Shown in pieces: positions 41,151 to 55,625 of a DNA stretch of 64,000 nt. Made by a program: the position numbers and the translations under genes. The DNA is from Eledone cirrhosa (Eukaryota): assembly GCA_964016885.1 (NCBI GenBank), contig OZ024750.1, positions 6,510,001 to 6,574,000 on the forward strand, given 5' to 3'. Each line of letters begins with the position of its first letter. The first letter of the stretch is position 1. The notes beneath the pieces were generated by a model. That model saw nothing but the letters and a program-made list of their open reading frames with translations. It did no database searches and was not told the DNA's origin.

Positions 41151-41536
41151 TGCTATAAAGGATCATATCTTTATTGGCCACCAGTGCCCAAGACATTAGG
41201 GAGAGCCGAAGGAATGAGACAGAAATAATTATATGTTCTAGTTTGTTAGTGTTTTGTGTATCCTGTTAAATTTCTTAATTTATTTATAGAGAGCTTTGTA
41301 ATGAATAGATGTTATTGAGAAAAAGACCCAGCACCCCTCATGCCCATTCACACGTGGTAGAGATGTATGTGTGTGTGTGTGTGTGTGTTTGCACATGTGT
41401 GAGTGGGTTTAGGTGTCTGTGTGTGTGTATATATATGTGTGTGTGTGTGTGTGTGTGCGTACAAGTGTGTGAGTTTGTATAACAATTCTAAAAATCATTC
41501 CAAACGTGGAATTTCAGTTTATTTACCATGGGACTC

Positions 41537-41568
<32 letters not shown>

Positions 41569-41733
41569 ATGGTGGTAGGGGTGGCGGCAGCAGAAGCAGT
41601 ATTAGTAGTAGTAGTAGTAGTAGTGGTAGTCTGGTCGCGGTGGTATTAGTAGTGGTAGTGGTGGTAGTGATGGTCTGATCTGGTGGCGGTGGTAGTAGTA
41701 GCGGTGGTCTGGTGGCGACGGTGGCAGCAACAA

Positions 41734-41789
<56 letters not shown>
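41537..41789. repeat. (TAG)n/(TGG)n trinucleotide tract
   Basis: Direct inspection. Confidence 0.92.
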
Positions 41790-42387
41790 ACGATATATTG
41801 TTGCACAATAAGAGACATTTAGCGGTGAGAGTTGGGGGAGAGTTTTGTAATCAGTAATCAGTTTAATCGATATATCTACAATCTAACTGATATTTTATTT
41901 TACCGGCCTCAGAGTAATGGCTATGTAATTCGATCCTGCTAATATTCGATTTCAGAACATCAAAGCATCTCGGGGCAAAAGTACATACAGTAAGCCACAT
42001 GTTCAATGGTGTTTATGCCACATGTGTTAAAGATGACGTCATAGTTGATTTATTAAGAACTTTGCTTTGAAATCATGAAGTGTCCCGGGTTGGATATGAC
42101 TGCCTGGTATCTTGAATATCTGTAGATTATCAGAACCCAAGTGTTGTAAGGAAAGTTAAGGACACAGAAACCTCGTTATCGAATAGTCAGAACTTCTATT
42201 TTAAAGGTCTGGTCACATTACAAACTTTCACTCTCGTTCTGACATTAACGAGCACGTGCTTGTGAGATACTCAGCCACCTGCACATTTATTCCATGAGTG
42301 CGTAGTTCGATTGACCAAACAGTTGAAACAATCATTGCCGAAGCCATTTTTTCATGCACTTTTTAATTAGCGTGATCATTATATAAG

Positions 42388-42578
42388 AGGCGGTGGATTG
42401 ACAGTATCGGTAGAGGATCAGGCGCCATGCTTTGACGCATAGAGTTACGTCCCTTGCCATTCTGAGTTCAAATCCCGCCGAGGTTAACTTTGCCTTTCAT
42501 CCTTACGGGGTCGATAAAATAAAGCACCAGTAATACACTGGGATAATTTCTGGCCTTGGGCCAAAAGTAGAAACAATT
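42388..42578 (+). mobile_element. SINE family B short form, full length, with probable ATTATATAA TSD
   Basis: Complete head to tail; ATTATATAA on both flanks. Confidence 0.9.
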
Positions 42579-43029
42579 ATATAATAGTGACTAGGGTGGT
42601 GAATTTCCAGTATCGGTAGAAGTGTTGACATCAATGCATGCAAGATTTCACAGCTCTAGCATCACTCCTTCATAGTCAGCCTATGAACTTCACAACAGAT
42701 CTCCTCTTAAATACATCTTCTGTAGTCTTACTAGTCTTACAGCGACCCAGTCTATTTGCCGACATACTTACCAACGCCTTCAACATCAGCCAAGATCTTT
42801 AACAGTTGTTCCTTCTGGTGAGATCTTCAGTGTGAGATCTGTGCCTCTAGCAACTTTGCTACAGCAATTTTCATTCCAAACGTAATATAGTTTCCACGTT
42901 GAAGACATTGTTCCCCTGGAACAATGTTTCTGACATTCAGTAATGTCGACAAGTAAATCTTAAAACAAATGTAATTAAAACTAATGAATAACTTATAAAA
43001 CACGCGCACACACCATACACATACATAAA

Positions 43030-43445
43030 CACACACAGACACACCACACACACACCACACCACACCACAACAACAACAATACCAACAAAACCACCACCAC
43101 CACACACACCACACACACCACACCACACACCAACAACAACAATACCAACAAAACCACCACCACCACACACAGACACACCACACACACCACACCACACACA
43201 CCAACAACAACAATACCAACAAAACCACCACCACCACACACAGACACACCACACACACCACACCACACACCAACAACAACAATACCAACAAAACCACCAC
43301 CACCACACACAGACACACCATACACACCACACCACACACCAACAACAACAATACCAACAAAACCACCACCACCACCACACACCACACACACCACACCACA
43401 CCACACCACACACCAACAACAACAATACCAACAAAACCACCACCA
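43030..43445. repeat. CA-rich minisatellite, 60-72-bp units, 6 copies
   Basis: CAACAACAACAATACCAACAAAACCACCACCA recurs six times. Confidence 0.92.
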
Positions 43446-43865
43446 ACACCTCAACCACCACCATCACGTCATTACCACAGCCACTTTCACCAACAACACC
43501 ATCACCACTACAACCACCACCACTACAACCACCACCACCAACAACACCACCATCTATATCTATCCTATATACATTGTCTTTTTGTTAACGTCTCAACTAC
43601 TTCCGCTGTGACGGCAACTCTTGCAGACGATCCCTCACAACTCAACCATAAAACTGGCTTTTTTGTAGTTATGGTAACAACTGTTAATAATAAAGATTCC
43701 GCCAGCTCCATAACTTCACACTACTCCAATGTAAATACCATTAAAAACCTGAAACAAACATCTAGAAATGTTTTGTGTGTGTACTCAGTCTTAGTGGGCT
43801 AATTGTTTCACTGGGAAGATAGCGTTCACAATTATATATATATAGATATATAGATAGATATAGAT

Positions 43866-43914
<49 letters not shown>

Positions 43915-44254
43915 CATTAAACGCATACATACACACATGGGTATATACTCATACACATACATACCATCTCTCTTCTCCTCCTCTCTCTGGCGCACACATT
44001 GTTATATATATATATATACAGAGAAAGAGAGAGATACATATATATACATACGTGCGTATGTACATACATAGCTACATACGTACATACATAGATACAATAG
44101 TTAATTTTTTTTCTGTTACTCTAGCGAATAGATGCATTTACCCGTACCATTTCTGAGGGTTCTTTAAGGTTGTGTATATAATAGGGACAACTAGGTGGTT
44201 TTATTGCGTTAAATCTTCAGTTGAAGAGCTTATTATCTTGTAGCTATTCTTGCT

Positions 44255-44700
44255 GCTGTTGTTGTTGTTTGGCCACAGGTCATCTCTGAGCGAGAAGACC
44301 TATGATAAAAGATGACTTAACTGTGACCAACCAATCTATGTTTCAAGACATTCCGTCTTTAAGATTATATTATCTAATCTGTCCTCCCGCTTTTAAATCT
44401 GTAGTTAAGTTTGTTGTTTAACGTTATGTCAGTCGTGATCCAACCAAGAAACCTTTAATCAAAGACGCTCTAATCATGACCATCCCTTCATTTATTCAGA
44501 ATGTGTCTTCTAGAATGAAGTTTTAGAGAGGAACCAGGAAAAATGTTTAGTATTTAGTTGATAGATGAAGTGAGATGGATGCAACAATGTGATTTATATA
44601 TTTTTTAAGCAACATGAAAACACAGAGCGGGGAAGCTGTTGTCTGTGTTGTTGTTTAGCCTCAAGGCAGCCCTGATCAAAGACATTCCAGCCGTCACTAA
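44255..44700 (-). repeat. Three family F 3' fragments
   Basis: GATAAAAGATG, ATCAAAGACGCTCT and GATCAAAGACATTCCAGCC blocks, each preceded by (TTG)n-like sequence. Confidence 0.5.
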
Positions 44701-46144
44701 CTTACATTTCTGTACAAAAGGGACTATCGCTCAATCTTAACAGAGTCGCATGTTTCATTTATAGAGAAGGGGGTTTACTGTTACACAGTGGTCACACTGC
44801 ACGACTGGAAATGTCTTTCAATTAATAAAAATAAAAAAATAAATGGTTTACGATTAAATCAGTTACCACCTAACAGATGTGAACTATTTATTCATGATAA
44901 CTCTTAGCTAAAAATAGACGAAAACCTCACTGCTGTATAATATACTTTATAAATTAGACAAGACAGAATTGTAGAATAACCTTATTCCTTCACAAGGCAC
45001 ACGGCTGTTTGTTGTAAACTGGAGGATTATACTGCATTAAATTAACTTGATTAGTTAAAGTGTACTCTTTAACTAAATTGGGATGTTGCAGTATCAGTGA
45101 AAACTTTGTATTCATGTTCTGTATCAAGATTGAAATCAGTCAAGCGAAACCCATCTCTTTTCAAGTTTATTCTCTTAATTTAGCTCGACACATCAACTCA
45201 ATGAAAATATTATCAATTTCACAGAGGTCCTGCTGCTTACATAAGATTCCCCATTTCCTTATATAAAATTAACGTAAGGGTCTAAACATAGTGTGTTGTG
45301 AGTTGCAAGTTCAAACGAAGGCCCTTCGAATAAACGAGAGGTGTGCTGGAGACACAAGGAACACGATTTTACTATATTTTGTGACTATTTCAATATATTC
45401 TATTATACTTTTTCGGTGGTGATTTAATCGGATGGGCTGGAAATGGTTTTAAAAGGATGTAGGTGGTTTAACTCTTCTTTAAAAGGTTTTGGTCTGGTGT
45501 ATAGGTCGAATGTAGGTTGGTGAATGGGTGACGTTTGTTTAAGTTCATGGATGACTTTAGTATCTTCTTGATGTGTGTGTATGCGTGTGTGTATATATAT
45601 GTGTGGGGGGTGGGGTGTTTTCATGCCTTCACGAAACCAAAATTAACATCATGTGTGAAGTGAAATGATTTCAACAGGGAATTGAACCCAAATGGTGAGT
45701 TCTTTTCAAACTGGGTCTTACCTCAAGATGTTCGTCACTTTATAAGCTAGAAAATTTCCAAAAAATAAACAATAAAAAATAAAAAATTAAAAAATATTGT
45801 TTCCGTTTTCCAGAATCCTACTTTTTAAGCAAAAACATTCATTCCATACTGGGTCTTGGGGAAGCCAAACCAGTAACACACAGAGAAATCATTTCCACCC
45901 GTCTTAACCCCTACAGTCAAGACTTCTAATTATTTTCTTCCTTCTGGTAACCTACTCACTCCCCCTCCCCCCACTATTTATCTTTCTGCCTCTCACTCTC
46001 TCTCTCTCTCACTCTCTCTCTCGTTTCCTTTCTTTCCTTTGTTGTTTTCTTTCTTTCTGATCTGTTTAGTATTTTATTATTTGGTGGAGGTGGAATTTTT
46101 GTTCAGCTTGTACCTATTATAGCTCTGTTTTCTCAACCTTAGCT

Positions 46145-46227
<83 letters not shown>

Positions 46228-46522
46228 ACCGCCGTCACCACCATCACCATCACCTACACCCCACCCTCTCACTTCCTCTTTGTTTTACCTTTTGTTATAC
46301 TTTGTTACATTTTTTTGTGTGTTATTTTTACCCTTGACTCTTTGTAACTCCCCCTCTCACCCCCTCTCACTCTCCCTCATCCTTCCCCCTCTCACTCTCC
46401 CTCATCAACTTCTCTTTCTTCACTTCTGCCATGTTGTTTTAGTCTATTATCTCCCTTTCCTACCAACTTCCCCTTTTCACAGCTTTTTCTGTTATTTTCG
46501 GTTCTTTCAAACTCTCTCTCTC

Positions 46523-46604
<82 letters not shown>

Positions 46605-46859
46605 TCTATCTATCTATCTATCTATCTATCTCTCTCTCTTTATGCATCTGTCTATCTATCTTTCATCATATTATGCATCAATCTATCTATTTCTATCTTA
46701 TCTATCTCTCTATACATTTATCTATCAACCAGTCGCACTATAGATTTATCTATCTACCCATCGTTCTATGCATCTGCCTTCTATCAATCGTTCTATGCAT
46801 TTATCTATCACTCTATACATTTGTATGTCAATCTATGTCTCACCAATCTCTCGCTATAT

Positions 46860-47072
46860 ATATATATACACCAATATCTCTCTATATACACCAATCTATA
46901 TCTCTCTATATATACACCAATCTCTCTCTATATATACACACCAATCTATATCTCTCTATATATACACTAAGCTATCTATCTCTCTATATATACACCAATC
47001 TCTCTCTATATATACACACCAATCTATATCTCTCTATATATACACTAAGCTATCTATCTCTCTATGTACACT
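46860..47072. repeat. 78-bp tandem duplication built from TACACCAATCT subunits
   Basis: 26-aa unit repeated in ORF 46280+. Confidence 0.85.
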
Positions 47073-47763
47073 AATATTGTTTCCCATTGTCGCACCTAGC
47101 ATACCTACTCTCTCCTTAATCCCCCCCTCTCTCTCGCTCAACATTTCTCTCTATCACTCGTCTTCCCTATATAGCCCTCTTTCGTTCTCTCTCTCACACA
47201 CACTCTCACCTCCCTCTCTCTCCCTACCACCACCTCTCGCCCTCCTATATTGTAACACTTTATTCCACGTGAACCTTCCTCTCGCCGGAAGACTCACTAT
47301 ATTATATTCTCTAATGTCCTGCTGATCTTTCCACAATCTTCCTATATATCTTACAGATGTTAAAGCCTCTCTCTCTCTCTCTCTCTCCTCTCTCTCCTCT
47401 CTCTCTGTCTCATAGTTCAGACAAAATATAAACCATGACGAGCATTCTTCAACTCCGTAAACAGTCTTTGTGTGTGTGTGTGTATGTGTGTGTGTAAGCT
47501 TAGTTTCATGTGTGTGTGTAATGTGTAGGCTGAATGATTGTTAGTGTGTGAGGTGTATGTTTGTTAGTGTGTAATGTGTGTATAATCTGTGCCGTATGTA
47601 TGTTTGTGATGTGTTTGTTGGCTTTTGTGTGTGTGTGTGTGTGTTGAAATCGTTTAAGAAAATACCTTCTCTGACTACAGCAATAATACTGCGATTTAAT
47701 GGTGATTTTTGTACGACTTCACCATGTGTGAGTATGTGTTTAAATTATTATTGTATGAGTCAA

Positions 47764-47809
<46 letters not shown>

Positions 47810-47949
47810 ATGTGTGTGTGAGAGAGAGAGTGTGTGAGTGTGTGTGTGTCTGAAAGTTCTCTAGTTTAAACGAGATCGGTGAAGATTTAAAGCACCGGGA
47901 AATTTGAAAATATAGTCGACACTCTTTTGTTTATGAAGACGAGGAATAG

Positions 47950-48120
47950 TCAAAGTCGTTAGAATGTCGGGTGGACTGCTTTGAGGTATTTGTTCCGGGT
48001 TTCTAATCTCTGAGTTCAAATCCCGCCGAGGTCAACTTTTTTTGCCTTTCATCCGTTCGAGGTCGATCAAAAAAGTTTGATAAAAAAAAAGAAGTACCAG
48101 TCATATATTGGAGTCAATTC
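47950..48120 (+). mobile_element. SINE family B, diverged
   Basis: GAGTTCAAATCCCGCCGAGGTCAACTTT..GCCTTTCATCC. Confidence 0.8.
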
Positions 48121-48302
48121 TTCCTCTATATCTCTTTCTCACTTACTTTGTCCCACTTTCTCTATGCTTCTCTGGAAGAAATCTGTTGTTCGCACCTGGA
48201 GAGGAAAGAGGGAAAGAGATTTACATGTCTCTATGTATATATATGTGTGTGTGTGTGTGTGTGTGCGTGTATGCATTTATATAAATATATGTGTATGTGT
48301 GC

Positions 48303-48549
48303 GTGTGACAGCTCACACCTATGCAGGTTTAGCTGGCCTCCTCCAAGGTATATCTCGTTGGAGGTGTCCTGGGTGTTCTATTGATAGGGACCCCAGTCCT
48401 ATCATCTCATTTCTACAGCTGAGTAAACTGGAGCAACGTGAAATAATGTGTCTTGCTAAAGGAAACAACACATCCCCCGGTCCGAGAATTGAACTCACAA
48501 CCTTTCGATTGCAAGCCCAATGCTCTAACCACTAAGCCATGCGCCTTCA
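48303..48549 (-). mobile_element. Full-length SINE family A, tail type 1
   Basis: Close reverse complement of 1655-1900. Confidence 0.92.
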
Positions 48550-48820
48550 ATATATATGTGTATGTATGTAAATTTTTATGTATGTATGCTATGTATGTAT
48601 ATTCTTAGAGGACATTTCATCATATCGTCTGGATGTATGTGTTTAGTTTTGTCATATTTATTAGATATGGTGATCAAGTGTGATATATCATATGTATTTG
48701 TTACATTATATGAAGTAAATTAATGTTTAATGGTTAGCAGGAGGTTTTCATACATGCACACGGCACACTACGGGACGTAGACATTCGCCTGCCACATACA
48801 ACTCAGTACGAAGGTGCGTT

Positions 48821-48915
<95 letters not shown>

Positions 48916-48997
48916 CTATGTATGTATGTATGTATATCTATGTATGTATATATATCTATGTATGTATGTATATATATATCTATGTATGTATGTATGT

Positions 48998-49036
<39 letters not shown>

Positions 49037-49046
49037 GGTAGGTAGG

Positions 49047-49092
<46 letters not shown>

Positions 49093-49279
49093 TGTATGTA
49101 TGTATGTATGTATGTATGTATGTATGTATGTGTATGTATGTATATATATATATATATGTATAGATGCTTGTGGATAAGATGGTCATAGTCAAACGTGTGG
49201 TGTGGCAATCTAACGAGTGGCTATACCAGTTGTGAGAACTTGATTATCTGATATATATGGATGTGTGTGTGTATATATA

Positions 49280-49327
<48 letters not shown>

Positions 49328-49480
49328 GATTAAGAGTAGGGATCCGATCACAAGATTAAACCCGAGGTGATCGATGTGGAAACAAATTGTAATATGTAAT
49401 AAAGTTTACAAAAAGCTACAATTCTTATTGTCACTTTATATATATATATATATACTTCAATTCCCCCCCTCTCTCTCTAT

Positions 49481-49514
<34 letters not shown>

Positions 49515-49544
49515 CTATCTATATATATATATATATTTACTTAC

Positions 49545-49755
49545 GCTGGCCTTGTGCCTAAAGTAGAAACAATTATTATTATTATTCAGTATTGGTAGGG
49601 GTCGGACGCCAAGCTTTGCAGCATAGAGTTACTGTCTGAGTTCGAATCCCGCCGAGGTTAACTTTGCCTTTCATCCTTACAGGGTCGATAAAATAAAGTA
49701 CCAGTAATACACTAGGATAATTGCTGGCCTTGTGCCAAAAGTAGAAGCAATTATT
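49545..49755 (+). mobile_element. SINE family B short form preceded by a 30-bp tail-only stub
   Basis: GCTGGCCTTGTGCCTAAAGTAGAAACA(ATT)n followed by a near-complete copy at 49588-49755. Confidence 0.88.
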
Positions 49756-50299
49756 ATCACCAGCATTATCATTACACCGATAAAGAACGATAACAAGAAA
49801 CAGTTCCAATGAGAGACGTGTGAAGTTCTGCAATAAATTTACACAACAATGCTTAAGAGGCACTCACTGCTCACCCCACTTTCGTACTTCCTTTATTAAG
49901 TCTTTTAACATTATCTTAAAGCCATTCTCTATACCGTGCCAAAGGGTTGATTACTAGAGATATCACCACCAGTACTTCAAGTGCCCGGCCGAGTCGAGAA
50001 GGGACGGGAGCAACAAAAGAAAAAGAGGGAAAGAAATCCTTAATTAGCTTTGACAATCATTAAAACGCTTGTGTGAAATTGTAGCCGAACAAACGAAGAA
50101 GGTGACCTATCAGATAATGCTAGGAACTCAGTGGTATAATAAAATGGTGTTGGGAAGGCAGAACAAGTTAGTCTGGTTGAACTAATTTACACTTTTCTTT
50201 CCACAATATGACATTTTGCACTCCGAATCGTTGCAGCCAGTAAATTAATTGCTGTAGTTTAAAAAAAGAGAAAGAAATATATATTTTTGAACACGTGCT

Positions 50300-50349
<50 letters not shown>

Positions 50350-50541
50350 AAATATATATATAGATATAAAAATATATATATATTTTATATATGTAATATA
50401 TATATATATATAGGCATAAACGAGGCTGCGTAAATGCGTATACAAATATCGGTTACTTCTATTCTGTGTATTTATTATTAGAATGTAACTTTATAACTTG
50501 ATCGTATACTTTCACTGCTTAGGGCACAACTTTATATATAC

Positions 50542-50616
<75 letters not shown>

Positions 50617-50681
50617 GAACTGAACTATCTTTCGTTGTGAATTAAACACATATACCTTTTCACACGCAAACACACACACAT

Positions 50682-50750
<69 letters not shown>

Positions 50751-50829
50751 ATATATATATACACACACACATATATATATATATATGTATATATATAACG
50801 AAGGAAATATATATATATATATATATATA

Positions 50830-50905
50830 CAAAGACACAAATGCAACGCGACTTATGGTAATAATTAGGCACCATAACCTATATGGTTATGGTGCCTAAT
50901 TATTA
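50830..50905 (-). mobile_element. (TA)n-anchored insert with 21-bp-arm fold-back
   Basis: Arms 50859-50879 and 50885-50905 are perfect; 5-nt loop. Confidence 0.55.
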
Positions 50906-51388
50906 GCAGAGATAAGTTAGCAGAGATCAGTCACGTTACGATACCGATTCCTCAATTATTACACACACAGACACACACTCACAGACACACACACACACTC
51001 ACACACACACACTCACACACACAACAATTACACGTGCATGAAATACATGTATTCGTTTATTAGCTGACATAATGGTAGGGTAGCTGTGTCAGTAGTTCAT
51101 TGTTGTTGTTGTTGTTGTTTAGGGGTGGGGGTGTTGTACCTCTTTGCATAAATTATCTTCTTGCTTTGTTTGTTTTCTTTTGTTTAGTTGGGTAGTTTTT
51201 TGGGCGGGGTTGGTGCCATGCATTCTATTATTAAATGAAATAATTTGATGGAACCTAACACAATAAACTCGTCACAGTGAACAAGTTTTTAGCAGAAGAC
51301 CTAGTGCTGAAAATTGCTCCAGACGTTGTGTATTTACAGCTTTAACAAATAACAAATGTGAACGAAAATGCGGGAATATTTGAGTTAA

Positions 51389-51800
51389 CCCTTTAGCATT
51401 TAAACCGACCATATCCCGCCAGAATTCTCTCAACATTTTCTGTTCAAACTGGCCATAACCGGCCACTCATATTAATGCTAAGGTATTGTTCTCAAAATTA
51501 ATAATATCAAAATTCCATAGACTCGATATTATGTGAGATAATTATGAGAGGTAAATCCTTTACTACAAAAATACAATAGTATATATCGGTGGATTGGCAC
51601 TATCGGTAGAGGGTCGGACGCCATGCTTTCAAGCATAGTTACGTCCCTTTACGATCTGAGTTCAAATCCCGCCGAGGTTGACTTTGCCTTTCATCCTTAC
51701 GGGGTCGATAAAATAAAGTACCAGTAATGCACTGGGTAATTGCTGGCCTTGTGCCTAAAGTAGAAACAAGTATATATAGAGTAATGTAAATGTTAAAGGG
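51389..51800. mobile_element. piggyBac-like MITE with TTAA TSD
   Basis: TTAA|CCCTTTAGCATTTA ... TAAATGTTAAAGGG|TTAA (13/14 TIR match). Confidence 0.82.
51586..51769 (+). mobile_element. SINE family B short form nested in the piggyBac-like MITE
   Basis: Full-length copy; AGTATATAT on both flanks as probable TSD. Confidence 0.9.
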
Positions 51801-51960
51801 TTAAGACGAAATAGGATTTTTTCGATCATTCGAATCACCTTCAGATTTTCTTTTACATTCTCACAATACTTCAGCTACATTAAGGTGGTATTCCAGTATG
51901 GCCTTGGTCTTGATGATTAACGCAGCCATGGGGAAACTACAGAGAGACGGGGGCAGTAAC

Positions 51961-52999
51961 TATACCAATATTACTGAGGCTCTATACCAGCATTGCTGAG
52001 TCTCTCTCTATACCACCATTGCTGAGTCTCTCTATACCAGCATAGCTGAGTCTCTCTATACCAGCATAGCTGAGTCTCTCTATACCACCATAGCTGAGTC
52101 TCTATACCAGCATAGCTGAGTCTCTATACCAGCATAGCTGAGTCTCTCTATACCACAATAGCTGAGTCTCTATACCAGCATAGCTGAGTCTCTCTATACC
52201 ACAATAGCTGAGTCTCTCTATACCACCATAGCTGAGTCTCTATACCAGCATAGCTGAGTCTCTATACCAGCATAGCTGAGTCTCTCTATACCACCATAGC
52301 TGAGTCTCTCTATACCACAATAGCTGAGTCTCTCTATACCACCATAGCTGAGTCTCTATACCAGCATAGCTGAGTCTCTATACCAGCATAGCTGAGTCTC
52401 TCTATACCAGCATAGCTGAGTCTCTCTATACCAGCATAGCTGAGTCTCTATACCAGCATAGCTGAGTCGCTCTATACCACCATAGCTGAGTCTCTATACC
52501 AGCATAGCTGAGTCTCTCTATACCACCATAGCTGAGTCTCTATACCAGCATAGCTGAGTCGCTCTATACCACCATAGCTGAGTCTCTATACCAGCATAGC
52601 TGAGTCTCTCTATACCAGCATTGCTGAGTCTCTCTATACCACCATTGCTGAGTCTCTCTATACCAGCATAGCTGAGTCTCTATACCAGCATTGCTGAGTC
52701 TCTCTATACCACCATTGCTGAGTCTCTCTATACCACCATAGCTGAGTCTCTATACCAGCATAGCTGAGTCGCTCTATACCACCATAGCTGAGTCGCTCTA
52801 TACCAGCATAGCTGAGTCTCTATACCAGCATAGCTGAGTCGCTCTATACCAGCATAGCTGAGTCTCTCTATACCACCATAGCTGAGTCTCTATACCACCA
52901 TAGCTGAGTCTCTCTATACCACCATTGCTGAGTCGCTCTATACCAGCATAGCTGAGTCTCTATACCAGCATAGCTGAGTCTCTATACCAGCATAGTTGA
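51961..52999. repeat. Minisatellite, 22/24-bp unit TATACCAGCATAGCTGAGTCTC(TC), about 45 copies
   Basis: Direct inspection; unit variants are interspersed. Confidence 0.98.
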
Positions 53000-54537
53000 A
53001 GTATATTGTAGAGTTAAAAGGTCATGTGATTTTATGTTATTTTCTAGATTTACGAAAGGAGATGTGATGAGTGAGGTGAAAGTAGGTGATTGAAGATGAG
53101 ACCAGACTAACCAGCTCCAAAAAGTATATTGGTGAACAGCCTGATGCTTATAAATTGGGCGGTCAATGATGTCTGCCTGTGTTGTAGATGTGGGAGCAGT
53201 ATTTTATAGTGAGTCACAGTTGAGCTTGGCAGAAAGTTGGCAATTATTGAAATTATGAAAGATTTTCTGACTTTATTTGCTATGTATAATGATCAAAATC
53301 AAATATATTATATTTCAATTTTATCCAATTTTGTAGCACGACTGGGGAGATATTATGATTCATATGTCATATTATGAAATATATGAATATAAATCGTAAA
53401 CATGACGTGGAAACATCTAGTGCCTTCTATGATAAACTTCTTACGATACTCACCCATTTTCCCCCCAAATGTCTATGCTTGTGTGGTATCAATTTAGCCA
53501 CCATGTGAACTGTTGCCGGTTGAAACCTATTTATCTAAGTTATCAAAAGCATATGCGTGCCTATTTGTGCCTGCATCATGAAAGCTGTGAAGACTATGCA
53601 ATTATTCACACTTCTATAGCAGAATATGTATAAATTTATCACCACAGTGAAGCTCTCAGCTAGTTGTTGAAATATCAAGTCTTTACTTTCGAAGTAAATA
53701 TGCAGGTAGTTAAGAAATCTGTTCAGGTTACACATATGTCATTAGTTAGTATGACGGGGTTTAATAATTCAGGAAATATATCTAATACTTTCTTTTATTT
53801 TCTTTATCTTTTTAGTTTAGTTCAACCTATTCGGTTTAGTTATTTTTAGTTAAGTTTTACTGCGTTCAGTCAGTAATGGTTTTGTACCTAAGAAATTGTT
53901 CCCAAGAAGACGTTAAGATAAATGTTGACGTTTTTAAAATGAGTTTCGGCCATAAGATAAGGATAACTGAGAAACCTCTGTTAAATATTTCATTCTGGGT
54001 GTCAACTTCAGGTTAAAAAGATATGATGTTGAAGTCACTGTCTCGATGAAATGTCTTTGTAGAAGCCACCTTTCAACTGTATACTTTACGTTAAATAAGA
54101 TAATTGAAGAGAATAGAAAGTCTGTTACCAGAATAAAATAGAATATTACTTTTACTGCCGAGCAGTCTAACCTTTTATCAAGAAATCCTTCTGACATTAA
54201 ATGTTTCTGGAGTACATGGCTTCTACTAAAAGCACTTTTTTCTTCGTGTCCACTACAGAAAAGTGAGTCACGTCAGCCGCCTCTCTGATAAACCCTCGAC
54301 CGTTTAGATAAGCTTTAATGACAGTTGAGGCCTAAGCTAAAGGATTATATTGTTCAAATTGTTCTTCATAAGCTATGGGTGAATGATAAGTATTAGTAGT
54401 AATACAAGCATTGTTAAAGAGAGATATCCTGTTGGGTAGGGTTGAAAGAGAAATTGATTAATTTGTTTTCTATAGTTTCGGTGTTTAGAAAGAGCCGAAT
54501 CTCTTATGTAAACATTAATATAATAAATATTGCTCAC

Positions 54538-54700
54538 ATGCATGGCTGTGTGGTTAAGAAGCGTGTTTCACAATCCTGTGGCTCACGGGTTGAGCCCACC
54601 GGGCAGCATATTGGACAAGTATTTTCTACTCTAATCTCATATTAACCAATTTATTATTAATACAATTTCGTTGACGGAAATTGTGCGAAGGTAGTCGTAT
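54538..54700 (+). mobile_element. SINE family G, diverged
   Basis: CATGGCTGTGTGGTTAAGAAG A-box, GGGTTGAGCCC B-box-like, GACGGAAATTG..GTCGTAT end running into microsatellite. Confidence 0.65.
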
Positions 54701-54779
54701 ATATATATATGTGTGTATGTGTGTGTGTATGTATGAGTGTGTGTGTGTGTGTGTGTGTGTACACATGCACACGCACACA

Positions 54780-55092
54780 AGTTAACGGTGCGTGTATTCT
54801 AAGAAGATAGAAGTTCAACACGAAATTACTCCAAAGCATTTCGTCCAATGCTCTACCGACTTAGTCAATTTACCACCTTCAGTAATAACAACAACACTAA
54901 TAAAACTAATAATTGTTTCTACTTTTGGCACAAGGCCAGCAATTACCCCAGTGTATTACTGGTACTTTATTTTATCGACCCCGTAAAGATGAAAGGCAAA
55001 GTTAACCTCAGCAGGATTTGAACTCGGGACGTAAAGAGGCTTATACTCTATGCCACAAAGCATGTTGTCCGACACTCTACCCATACAGCCAA
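54780..55092 (-). mobile_element. SINE family B short form (54911-55092) plus adjacent older head fragment
   Basis: Reverse complement of the 51586-51769 type. Confidence 0.88.
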
Positions 55093-55380
55093 TAATAACA
55101 CCAATAATAGCCACATCGTTTAGCAATTACAACTCATTATTATGCATTTTATATAATCATCTTTGGTAGAAAAAGGATTTTAGTAGGAATTCTGTGTTCT
55201 TCGTTCCACTTCATGGCTTTTCCTATAATTCCTTTTGTTTTCAATCCAACCATTTCATGTCTTACCTTATTACATCCTTTTACCAGATAACATTTCTACA
55301 ACATTAACATTTCTGCTCCTAACCTATTTATTGAAGTATGTTCCTCAGTGTAACCCCAATAATAAACTTATATATACTTA

Positions 55381-55451
<71 letters not shown>

Positions 55452-55464
55452 TGTGTGTGTCAAT

Positions 55465-55539
55465 ACCCCACTCTCAAGAGCGTGAAACTAATAAACCTTT
55501 GTTCGTACTGCCTCTCTGTTTTGTTCCCGTTCAATTTTT

Positions 55540-55542
<3 letters not shown>
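55465..55542 (+). mobile_element. Putative PLE 3' end running into (TA)n
   Basis: GAGCGTGAAACTAATA..GTACTG..TGTT..TTAC(TA)n resembles the segment downstream of the hammerhead at 63235-63300 (minus). Confidence 0.45.
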
Positions 55543-55575
<33 letters not shown>

Positions 55576-55591
55576 GTGTGTGTGTCAATAT

Positions 55592-55625
<34 letters not shown>

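Noticed and set aside
51961-52999. CRISPR array
   Set aside because: No unique spacers, no cas genes, eukaryotic context.
54260-54295. AP-1/CRE/GATA cluster TGAGTCACGTCA..GATAA
   Set aside because: Short motifs with no independent evidence of regulatory function.
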